Below, in pieces: positions 21,223-31,500 of a DNA stretch of 64,000 nt. Below the pieces are notes generated by a model. That model was not told the DNA's origin. It made no database searches and saw only the letters and a list, made by a program, of their open reading frames with translations. Made by a program: the position numbers and the translations under genes. The stretch comes from a virus. Lineage: Duplodnaviria > Caudoviricetes. The stretch spans positions 64,001 to 128,000 of IMG/VR virus record IMGVR_UViG_3300026546_000001; one strand, given 5' to 3'. How positions within the stretch are numbered: position 1 is the first letter of the stretch; each line of letters begins with the position of its first letter.

Positions 21223-21508
21223 ATAAGTCGTTAATATTATTTATAGTCGATTTATTAATATTATATTTATTTTTTATTTCATCATCAGTTAAAAATTCTT
21301 GCAAAGTTTCTCCAGTAAAAAATGTTGTATTATTTCTATCAACTGGAATTAATTCAGTATAATATACTTCTCTTAATTTAATTTTATTATCTTTATTTTT
21401 TGTTACTTTTAAAAAATATAATTTATTATTATATTCTTTATAATATTCTTTTATAATAGAGCCATCGTCTTTATAAATTCTTGATAATTCAAATTGATTA
21501 TTCATCAT
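21215..21508 (-). CDS. array protein 4
   Basis: ...YNIN..INNINDLYD. Confidence 0.7.
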   Translation of the reverse strand: MMNNQFELSRIYKDDGSIIKEYYKEYNNKLYFLKVTKNKDNKIKLREVYYTELIPVDRNNTTFFTGETLQEFLTDDEIKNKYNINKSTINNINDLYD

Positions 21509-21818
21509 ATAAATCGTGTATATTATTTATTAAATCACTTTTAGTATTGTTTAAATCATATTTTTCATTTAAAATGTTAATTATTTTATTTAAACTAATA
21601 TTTGCATATGTTATTTTATTAACGGTATTTATAAAGTTTTTATTGTCTTTATTAAATTTAAAATATTCAACATCATATTCAATTGATTTGCTAATTATAT
21701 ATCTTTTTATTATAAGTTTTTCGTTTGATCCATCAGAATTATTTCTTATCCAGCATTTATAACAATCGTATATTTTACCAAATTTCGTTTTATCATACCA
21801 TATATCTTTAGTAATCAT
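21498..21818 (-). CDS. array protein 3
   Basis: MITKDIW...YDLNN..INNIHDLYDE. Confidence 0.7.
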   Translation of the reverse strand: MITKDIWYDKTKFGKIYDCYKCWIRNNSDGSNEKLIIKRYIISKSIEYDVEYFKFNKDNKNFINTVNKITYANISLNKIINILNEKYDLNNTKSDLINNIHDLYDE

Positions 21819-22137
21819 ATAAATCATTTATATTATTAATAAATTTAATTTTTTGATTATTTAAATCATATTTTTTATTTAAAATATCAATTATTTTATT
21901 TATATGAATATTTATGTAAGTATAACGTACAGATGTATGAGGCATACATCTGTACGTATGTTCATTTTTAATAAATTTAAAATAATTAACCATATATTCA
22001 ATATTTTTATTTTTAAATGTTTTTTTAATAGTAATTTTTTCATATGATAAATCATCATTTAATTTTAACCAATATTTATAATATTTAAATTTTTTTTGAA
22101 AAATGTCGTGATGAATCCAAATGTTTTTAGTCGCCAT
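21808..22137 (-). CDS. array protein 2
   Basis: MATKNIW...YDLNN..INNINDLYDY. Confidence 0.7.
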   Translation of the reverse strand: MATKNIWIHHDIFQKKFKYYKYWLKLNDDLSYEKITIKKTFKNKNIEYMVNYFKFIKNEHTYRCMPHTSVRYTYINIHINKIIDILNKKYDLNNQKIKFINNINDLYDY

Positions 22138-22447
22138 AAATATCACTTATATTATTAATAATTGTTTTTTTATTGTTTAAATCAAATTTATTAATAATTT
22201 CATCGTATGTTTTAAATTTATATTTTTTAACTTCTAATAAGTTGAAAATATCACCTTTAACTCTTTTATAAATTTGTAAATTAACATTATATTCATTAAG
22301 GTGCGTGAAATTATCAATGTATAATAATTTTAAAATATCATTACTTTGATATTTAGTGTAAACAACGCTTGTAAATTTAGAATTTTTTTTAATTCTATTA
22401 ACTGATTTAATCCAATATGATTTATATTTAGTTTTATTAACAAGCAT
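22127..22447 (-). CDS. array protein 1
   Basis: ...FDLNN..INNISDIYGD; host-type promoter box at 22471. Confidence 0.7.
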   Translation of the reverse strand: MLVNKTKYKSYWIKSVNRIKKNSKFTSVVYTKYQSNDILKLLYIDNFTHLNEYNVNLQIYKRVKGDIFNLLEVKKYKFKTYDEIINKFDLNNKKTIINNISDIYGD

Positions 22448-22563
22448 AAATATTATTTGTATATTAATAACAAAAATAATAATAATTTTTTAAAATAGGA
22501 AATAGTTTCATATAAACTTTTAAGTTATTATTATTATAAATACTAATAGTTAAATTATTTAAT

Positions 22564-24345
22564 ATGAAATATAAAGGAAAAGAAGTTAAAATTACACCTC
22601 AAGAAATAAATTCAAAATTAGATGAATTAATTGCTAAAGATACATTTGGTGAAGATTTTATATTTAGACCGAATCAACGTAAAACAGTAGTTAAAATAGC
22701 ATTTTTATACTTAAACCAACTATGTGATAATGTAATTTTAGACGCTCCAACTGGAAGTGGTAAGTCTATTATAGCTATAGTGACATCTAAGCTTCTTAGA
22801 GAATGGAAAAAAGAAGGTTATATAATAACATCTAATTTAGAATTACAAGCTCAATATGAGCGTGATGTGAATAAAATGAATTTACAATGGGGTAGTATAA
22901 AAGGAATGGCTAATTATAATTGTGACGTAAATGGTAAATCTTTTCCACAAGGAGAATGTAAAGTTAGAGGTTTTTCAAATGAAAAAATACAAAAATTAGC
23001 GTGTTATAATACATGTAATTATTATATGAGTCGTCTTAAAGCAATTCATTCAAGTATTTCAATATTAAATTATTCTTATTATTTATTACAAAGAAATTAT
23101 GTTGCAGAACGTCAAAAATATGCAAATGAAACAATTGCATTTAAGGAACGCGATTTTGTGTTTTTTGATGAAGCACATAAAATAGACGATATAGTTCAAA
23201 ATCATTTTAGAGTTCGTTTTTCGCAACAAACTCTTGAAAGATTAACTGAACTTATGGAATTATTAGAGGATGAAGGCTTATTAAAATCTGAAATTGATAC
23301 AACTAATTTAATGTTAGATTATTCAGCAATTATGGATGAAGAAGATTTTGATGAAAATATGCAAGCATTACGTAATATTAGAAAAGTTTTAAAATCACTA
23401 GTAGATACAACGCCTGATATTAGATCAAAAATTAATAAAGATCATCCATTAAATTTAAAAAACAAAAAAGATATACCAAAAGTATATACAAAAATACTAT
23501 CTGGATTAGAGCTTATAAAAGACATAAACTGTAAAATAGAAGATTATGTTGAAATAGTTGAAAAAAATGAAAATACATATGTAAAAACTTTATTTAAAGA
23601 TAAAGAAGAAGTTGTTTATAATTTACTTGAAGATGTTGAATTAATTAAAATGAAATTACATTCTCATGTTAAATTTGGAATTTTTATGTCTGCTACATTT
23701 GGTAATCCAGATGTATGGGCTAATTTAACAGGCACTGAAAATTATGAAGTTATTCAACTTGATACAACTTGGGATTACAGCAAAAGCCCAATTGTTATAA
23801 TGCATACACCAAAATTAACATGGAAAAATAAAGAAAAAAGTTGGCCAACTATTGTAAAAAGATTTGATGAAATATTAAATAAACATAATGATGAACGTGG
23901 TATTGTTCATACTGGAAATTTTTCATTTATGACTAGAATTTTAAAAGATTCAAAACATAAAAAACGTTTGTTTACATATACAAATACAAAGGAAAAAATG
24001 ATAGTAATGCCAAAATTTAAAAAATCTAAAAATGGTGTTTTAATTGGTCCAAGTTTATTAGAAGGTATTGATTTACCAAATGAATTATCACGCTTTCAAA
24101 TATTTTTAAAAGTACCGTATCGTCAAATTACTGATAATTTTACTCAACAAAAAATGCGATACAATTCAAAATGGTATAGTTGGAAAACTGCAATTTCTAT
24201 AACTCAAGGTATAGGACGAAGTATTAGAAATGATGGTGATTATGCAGTAACTTATTTATTAGATGGAAGTTTTAAAGATTTTATAACTTATAATTCAAAT
24301 ATGCTAGAAAAATTTATTGTTGATAGAATGCATTATGAAAGTTAA
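22564..24345 (+). CDS. DinG/XPD-like SF2 helicase
   Basis: APTGSGKS, four Cys of the Fe-S region, DEAH, EGID, QGIGRSIR. Confidence 0.85.
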   Translation: MKYKGKEVKITPQEINSKLDELIAKDTFGEDFIFRPNQRKTVVKIAFLYLNQLCDNVILDAPTGSGKSIIAIVTSKLLREWKKEGYIITSNLELQAQYERDVNKMNLQWGSIKGMANYNCDVNGKSFPQGECKVRGFSNEKIQKLACYNTCNYYMSRLKAIHSSISILNYSYYLLQRNYVAERQKYANETIAFKERDFVFFDEAHKIDDIVQNHFRVRFSQQTLERLTELMELLEDEGLLKSEIDTTNLMLDYSAIMDEEDFDENMQALRNIRKVLKSLVDTTPDIRSKINKDHPLNLKNKKDIPKVYTKILSGLELIKDINCKIEDYVEIVEKNENTYVKTLFKDKEEVVYNLLEDVELIKMKLHSHVKFGIFMSATFGNPDVWANLTGTENYEVIQLDTTWDYSKSPIVIMHTPKLTWKNKEKSWPTIVKRFDEILNKHNDERGIVHTGNFSFMTRILKDSKHKKRLFTYTNTKEKMIVMPKFKKSKNGVLIGPSLLEGIDLPNELSRFQIFLKVPYRQITDNFTQQKMRYNSKWYSWKTAISITQGIGRSIRNDGDYAVTYLLDGSFKDFITYNSNMLEKFIVDRMHYES

Positions 24346-24677
24346 AATAACGTAGAATTATTATAAATAGTTTTAAAATTATTTTCTATCATATTACATT
24401 TTTCAAGAAATGTATTTATATGTTCTTCATTTAAATTATACCATTCACCATCAATTGATTGATCATTATATATACGTTTTAGTGTAGATTCAACTTTAAA
24501 TGGCCAATTAGATTCAAATTCATATAATATTACTAAATCATTAGGATTTGATGTTTTATGTTGTTTTAAACGTTTTTTAGGATTTTTACTAACACCAATT
24601 TTATATTGTGTAATATTATTATAATATGATTCTATTAAATACACTTTTCTTGGTTCTTGAGGTTCAAAATATTTCAT
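24342..24677 (-). CDS. GIY-YIG-superfamily (T5orf172-like) protein
   Basis: VYLI..YKIG..PKKRL..GEWY. Confidence 0.7.
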   Translation of the reverse strand: MKYFEPQEPRKVYLIESYYNNITQYKIGVSKNPKKRLKQHKTSNPNDLVILYEFESNWPFKVESTLKRIYNDQSIDGEWYNLNEEHINTFLEKCNMIENNFKTIYNNSTLF

Positions 24678-24738
24678 AAATTATATAGGAAATATTTTTA
24701 ATTACGTCTATATAATTTATGAAATATTTTTTAAAAAA

Positions 24739-27700
24739 TTATCGTTCATCAAAATGTAATAACCAATCTAATGATCGACCAATTAAATTAACTGCGTCAT
24801 CTTCCAGTAATGTGTCATCTCCATATCCAAAAAACACTCTACGTTCAGGTAATGGTATAGAATTTAAATCATCTTCATCTTTTGCCCATGTTAATAATAT
24901 AGATTTATTTGATTCTAATTGTATCGTACCTAAAACATGTGAATCACTTTCATTTAACGTTGTATAATTATATGTTCGTCCATATTTTGTTAATCTAACT
25001 ATTTGATCTTCGTTATAACCATTTGTTATATAATGACCATTATCTGTTATTTGAATAAAATATTGATAATTTATAGAACTATACTGATCACTTGTTATTA
25101 AATTCATATATGATAATACTTCAACTCTATTAATAAAAATTCCAATTGGAGCTGAATTTAATTTATCTTGTATTCTACTATCTCTTGCATTAGATGAAAT
25201 ATAAATTAAATCATAACCAATCCATGAAGTATTTGTTACGTGAATATCTTTTAATAAAGTTGGTATAAATGATTTAGATTGCATCACATTTATAACTTCT
25301 TTATCAGTTGTATCTAGTCTATTATAATTTTCAGTGTTAACGATATATAATACTCTATATGATTTACCAATATTTTTTGTTACATCTACAAATTGTGAAC
25401 TTGATTGACCTGATAATGCTTGTAAAAAATGATGTTCAATATTAACAATTGAAATATCTCCATCATGTGTATCATCTGAATCAGTTGCATCTCGTGTAAT
25501 ATTAATACCAAGTGAAGTATCAGCTCCAATGACTTCTAATTTTGATGAATGTCTAATTGTCATTATATTAGATACATCTATTGGTATAAAATAAGATTGT
25601 ACAACATTACTTGATGATGGTGCAACATGTGTATTTGTAATTTCACCAATTCTATTATCATAAGCTGGAGCGTCACTTTTATTGGTATATACTTGCATAC
25701 CATCTTGTACAATTGCAGCTCTAATTCTAAATTTAAAATTACCACCATTAGAAGAATTAGTTGTAACTTTTAAAATAAACATTAATGGACTACTTGTATC
25801 AGTAATAGTTGGAAAATTTATAACATAATTAAATGTTGTTTTTTGTCCATTTGGCATAGTATTTAAAGGTCTTGCTATATAAAATTCTTGATCTGCCCAA
25901 TATCCTACACTCGTTCCATTGTCATCAATTGGAGTTTGTTGTAATATAGATACATCAAAACCTGGTATAATATTCCATATTCTAGCTGTTCCAAAATGTT
26001 CTCTGAATCCATCTTCACGATATGCAGTAGTATTAAACATTATACCAACTCTATCAATTGCAGTTTTAGTAGTAAATGCTTTAATAACTCTAATACGTGC
26101 CCAATAATGTTCCTTACCATCATCATATATTGGCGCGTGCGCTCTAAACCACATATCCCTAGCAAAACTATCTATGCGAACATTTTCATATAAAAATTTA
26201 AAAAATCTATTTTTACCAGCAGATGAATATGGATTATGTCCATCAGTTACCATATTATTGATAGAGTTCCAAACTTGATTTTCACCATCATATATTTCAA
26301 GTATTAATTCACCTCCATCATTATGATCTAACGGAGATGCAACATCCATCGTAAATGTATGCCATAATATTGGAACATTATTTAATACACTATCACTTGT
26401 GAAATATAAACAATTATCAACTAATGTCGTATCAAATTCAAATTGTTCATCATTATATACAGTTTGTAAACCATCTGTTCCAGCATCCATAGCTGGTCCA
26501 ATTATTAATAATGTGTTTCTATAATCAGCTGCACCATTACCAACACATACTTTACTTCCATGTAAAGAATTACCAACTAAAACATCATTAAAAAAATAAT
26601 TACCCATTCCAACTGTGTTGAATGTAACGTTAAAATTAGCCCAGTTAATAATATCAACATTAACAATTTTAGTTATGTCAAGAGTTGCTGATGCAACAGT
26701 CATTGAACTATTAAACGATAATAATTGAAATTCTGAAACTTTAGTATCTCGTGAATTTAAATTATTAATTGTTATTGAACTATTATTTCCGGTATTAGGT
26801 ATTTGTAATGTTATATTTTTAGTTTCAATTGTAGTATTAGGAATATTAATTTCTGACATTTCATTACATTTATATGCAATATTAATATTTTGTGCATCTA
26901 TAACATCACCTAACACCGAAGATTGATTATCTGCGTATATAATTATACCAGTATTAAATACATATCCAGTTTTTAATAACACAAACGCCCAATTTGCGGT
27001 TACACACGCAATATCTTGTGTTTCATTAAATATTCCAGCGTTATCAATTAAAAAATTTGACATTGATATAAATGAATTATTCTTTGCATCAATAACTATT
27101 GGATTATTATATGCTTTAACTTCATCAAATTGAATATTCATATTTTGTCCGTCTGATAATATACAAATATCATTATTTTCAAAATATGAATTTTTAATAA
27201 ACGCATAAATTTTATCGTCAATTTGAGTAGTGTTAATATTAATTGCATTTTGAAAGGATACAAAATCACAATTGTAAATATTATACGCTCCCATGTTTTG
27301 TAAATCTATAGCAGTAATATTTTTTGACGTTCCATTTGTACCAGATGTTGTATTTATTCCAACATTTTTTAATTGATCTAAAATTTCATTAGTAAATTTT
27401 TTACTTCGTTTATATGGTAAAATGTATTCATTATTATGTAAAGTATAAATATTATCAATATTAAAATCATCAATATTGCCATAAAAACCAATGTTTAATA
27501 TATCACTACCAACATTTTGTGTAGTTGAACTTAATGATAGAATTGGTTCATCAATATTTTTAGGTAATACTAGTGTTGTAGATGATCCTGATCCAGATAT
27601 ATTAATATATTCATTATCAATAATAAGTGGATTTTCTTCTACAAATATACCTGGTAAAATATCAATTTTAACTGGATGAGAACTTGTTGCTATATTTTTT

Positions 27701-28506
27701 GAATATTCTATTGCTGCTTTAATTGTTCTAAATGGAGAAAACATATTAGGATTCATTGTATCGTCGTTACCATTAATTGATACAACAATTGTTTCAACAG
27801 GTGTTCTATTAAATGCACCAATTTCATATAAATTCCAACCAACTTCATTATTTGTATATACTAATTCATATAATCTATTTTTATAATCTTCAGAATCTAT
27901 AACATAAGTTGATTCTCCGCCATCTATCGGAATATTATTATCTGCAATAAATGTAATTGAATGTGTTACATCTTCAATTAATATTCTATTTCTATCACCT
28001 AATAACGGAGTTGTTAAATGAAATTCAATACTATTATTACTAGCGTTTAATAAATAATATTCACCTGGAGTAGAATTATAAACAGCTTCTGATACTTCTA
28101 TATAACTATCTACTAAATCATCTGTTCTATTTTTTAATATGTCTAATGCTTCTTTAACTGATAACATAACATATCCTGCAGTTCCAGATGTACTATATGC
28201 GTCAGCTCCTGTTGAAAAAGTTTCATAATACATATCTGTTGCATTACCTTCAGGATATGTTACAATTACTTCTTCAGGAATATCCCATTTAGATTTGTCA
28301 TGATTTATTAATATATTATGTAATTCATTTTCTTCATCTTGTGTTAATGGATCTGAAAAATGCCACTTAACAATATTTGGTTTAATAAAGTCAATCCATA
28401 AAAATTGACTATTAAATGGATATGATTGAACAATATTCATTGTTTCTTCATTCAATCCATCTACACTTATTTCAGATTTATCTCTATAATCAATATATTC
28501 TACCAT
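24739..28506 (-). CDS. large virion protein with a probable beta-helix (tailspike-like)
   Basis: VSINGND..PFRTIKAAI..I.PGIF start of a pectin-lyase-like helix, Asn/Ile-rich strands, last gene of the fibre cluster. Confidence 0.55.
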   Translation of the reverse strand: MVEYIDYRDKSEISVDGLNEETMNIVQSYPFNSQFLWIDFIKPNIVKWHFSDPLTQDEENELHNILINHDKSKWDIPEEVIVTYPEGNATDMYYETFSTGADAYSTSGTAGYVMLSVKEALDILKNRTDDLVDSYIEVSEAVYNSTPGEYYLLNASNNSIEFHLTTPLLGDRNRILIEDVTHSITFIADNNIPIDGGESTYVIDSEDYKNRLYELVYTNNEVGWNLYEIGAFNRTPVETIVVSINGNDDTMNPNMFSPFRTIKAAIEYSKNIATSSHPVKIDILPGIFVEENPLIIDNEYINISGSGSSTTLVLPKNIDEPILSLSSTTQNVGSDILNIGFYGNIDDFNIDNIYTLHNNEYILPYKRSKKFTNEILDQLKNVGINTTSGTNGTSKNITAIDLQNMGAYNIYNCDFVSFQNAININTTQIDDKIYAFIKNSYFENNDICILSDGQNMNIQFDEVKAYNNPIVIDAKNNSFISMSNFLIDNAGIFNETQDIACVTANWAFVLLKTGYVFNTGIIIYADNQSSVLGDVIDAQNINIAYKCNEMSEINIPNTTIETKNITLQIPNTGNNSSITINNLNSRDTKVSEFQLLSFNSSMTVASATLDITKIVNVDIINWANFNVTFNTVGMGNYFFNDVLVGNSLHGSKVCVGNGAADYRNTLLIIGPAMDAGTDGLQTVYNDEQFEFDTTLVDNCLYFTSDSVLNNVPILWHTFTMDVASPLDHNDGGELILEIYDGENQVWNSINNMVTDGHNPYSSAGKNRFFKFLYENVRIDSFARDMWFRAHAPIYDDGKEHYWARIRVIKAFTTKTAIDRVGIMFNTTAYREDGFREHFGTARIWNIIPGFDVSILQQTPIDDNGTSVGYWADQEFYIARPLNTMPNGQKTTFNYVINFPTITDTSSPLMFILKVTTNSSNGGNFKFRIRAAIVQDGMQVYTNKSDAPAYDNRIGEITNTHVAPSSSNVVQSYFIPIDVSNIMTIRHSSKLEVIGADTSLGINITRDATDSDDTHDGDISIVNIEHHFLQALSGQSSSQFVDVTKNIGKSYRVLYIVNTENYNRLDTTDKEVINVMQSKSFIPTLLKDIHVTNTSWIGYDLIYISSNARDSRIQDKLNSAPIGIFINRVEVLSYMNLITSDQYSSINYQYFIQITDNGHYITNGYNEDQIVRLTKYGRTYNYTTLNESDSHVLGTIQLESNKSILLTWAKDEDDLNSIPLPERRVFFGYGDDTLLEDDAVNLIGRSLDWLLHFDER

Positions 28507-28524
28507 ATATTTTTTAATTTTTTT

Positions 28525-31500
28525 TTATAATTTTAAAATTGATAAACTACTTCCGTTATCTACAGTTTCAAGAGCTCTACCATCAATAACTCTAACATAT
28601 ATAACAACTTTATCATTTGCATTTAATGATATAATAATACTTTTACTAATTGTTCCATATCCATCAGAACTATTTCTATGATAACCAGCTGAAAAAGATC
28701 CATCAATAACATTACTATTTACTTGAATTTCTGCTCCAGATGAAGTTCTACTTGATGTAGTTCCATTTAATGTTATATTATAACCAATTAAATATGTTCC
28801 AGCTGTATTTACTGTTATTTCTGTATCACCTGATGAGAATGTAAAATTAGATCCAACATGTGTTAAACCATCCCACGGAATTGGAGTATTATTTCCATTT
28901 CTAGGAATAGATGTTGTGATTGTATCTTGAAATAATTCTATGTAATTATCTTCTATTTTAGTAACTACCCAATTAGAACCATCCCAATTTAATTTATTAC
29001 CAACCGACGGTGTTACAGTTGTAGTATCTACATCTGCTAATTCATCAATTGACAACGTATTTATATATGATAATACTCTTACATCTGTATAATAAAGATT
29101 ATTTGAACCTTCAGATATATCATCTGTGTCTAATATAACTGTTCCAGTTTCACCATTAACAGAATCAACAGTGTTAACTTCAGCACCATCTTCAATTCCA
29201 GCTAGTTTAGTTCTTTCGGTGTCCGTTATAATTTGGCCACTTCCAGAATCTGTTACGTCATTTAATTCTGTGACTGAATGTGATGAAAGATCAGTTAAAT
29301 CTGTTGGTTTATTTAGTATAAATGCGTCACTACTTGAACTTGTTTCATTCCAATCAGATTGAATGTTAACTTCTGCACCATCTTCAATTCCATCTAATTT
29401 AGTTCTTTCAGTATCAGTGATAATTTTACCTGATCCAGAATCTGTTACGTCATTTAATTCAGTAACTGAATGTGATGAAAGATCTGTAATATCAGTTGGA
29501 ACATTATAAAAATTGTTAAAATCAAATGCATCATCTTCAATATTAGTTGGATCATATACTGATTTTAACATATCTCCATTATTAGTTGATATAGTTGCAG
29601 GTTTCCACATGCTACCATCATATTGTAAAACATTATCAGTAGTTACTCCTGTTGTATCTACATCACTTAAATCATCTAAATTAGTAGGAACTGTTGGTTT
29701 ATTTAATATAAATGCATCACTAGTTGAATTTGTTTCATTCCAATCAGATTGAACATTAACTTCAGCGCCATCCTCAATTCCAGTTAGTTTAGTTCTTTCA
29801 GTATCAGTAATAATTTTACCTGATCCAGCATCAGTTATGTCATTTAATTCAGTAACTGAATGTGATGAAAGATCTGTAATATCAGTTGGTTTATTTAGTA
29901 TTTCTGAATCTCCACTAGTAGAGTTCCAATCTGCATTTACATTAACTTCAGCGCCATCCTCAATTCCAGTTAGTTTAGTTCTTTCAGTATCAGTAATAAT
30001 TTTACCTGATCCAGCATCAGTTATGTCATTTAATTCAGTAACTGAATGTGATGAAAGATCAGTTAAATCTGTTGGTTTATTTAATATAAATGCATCACTA
30101 CTTGAACTAGATTCATTCCAATCAGATTGAATATTAACTTCAGCACCATCTTCAATTCCAGCTAATTTAGTTCTTTCAATATCAGTAATAATTTGGCCAC
30201 TTCCAGAATCTGTGACGTCATTTAATTCAGTAACTGAATGAGATGAAAGATCTGTAATATCAGTTGGTTTATTTAGTATTTCTGAATCTCCACTAGTAGA
30301 GTTCCAATCTGCATTTACATTAACTTCCGCGCCATCTTCAATTCCATCTAATTTAGTTCTTTCAGTATTAGTAATAATTTGGCCTGATCCTGCATCTGTT
30401 ATATTATCTAGTTCTGTTTTATTATTATGTGTGTGTCTTGCATTTGTATTAGCAGATACATCTGAATTTGTTGATACTCTTGTATCTGTATAATAAAGAT
30501 TATTTGAACCTTCAGATATATCATCTGTATCTAATATCACAATTCCAGTTTTACTATTAACAGAATCAACAGTGTTAACTTGCGCGCCATCTTCAATTCC
30601 ATCTAATTTAGTTCTTTCAGTATCGGTGATAATTTTACCTGATCCAGCATTAGTTACGTCATTTAATTCTGTGACTGAATGTGATGAAAGGTCAGTTAAA
30701 TCTGTTGGTTTATTTAGTATTTCTGAATCTCCACTAGTAGAATTCCAGTTTGCATTTACATTAACTTCTGCGCCATCTTCAATTCCATCCAATTTAGTTC
30801 TTTCAATATCAGTGATAATTTTACCTGATCCAGAATCTGTTACGTCATTTAATTCAGTAACTGAATGTGATGAAAGATCTGTAATATCAGTTGGAATATT
30901 ATAAAAATTATTAAAATTAAATACATCATCTTCAATATTAGTTGGATCGTAAACAGATTTTAACATGTCTCCAGCTGTTGAATAATTATCTACTGAAGGT
31001 ACCCAATTAGAACCGTCCCATTTTAAAACATCACCAATACCTGGTGTTATTAAAGTTGTATTTACATCACTTAATTCATTTATTGATGTATTAGATATAA
31101 CAGTTGAAACTCTAGTATCTGTGTAATATAAATTATTTGTCCCTTCTGGTAAATCATCTGTTGTTTGCGGAATATTTATGTTATTTAAATCATTGTTTAA
31201 TTCATCTATAGCAGTTTGAACATCTGTAGAACTTAAACCACTTGTTGAATTATCATATGTTATTAAATCTGCTGAATAATCTCCACTTTCTGCTATAATG
31301 TCTCCAGTTCTTGTGAATACACTTGTCACAAGTGATTCAGGTACGTCTGATGCAACCCAATTAGTTCCATTATATTTCAAGTATTGATCAACTAATACAC
31401 CAACAGTATCAACATTATTTAAATCTTCAATATTAGCTAATGATATTCTAATGTCAACTCTTTCATCTGTGTAATATAGTCCATTTGTTCCTTCAAAAAT

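Noticed and set aside
20610-22447. Integron with attC sites
   Set aside because: No integrase, no intergenic space, and the junctions are protein-coding in both genes
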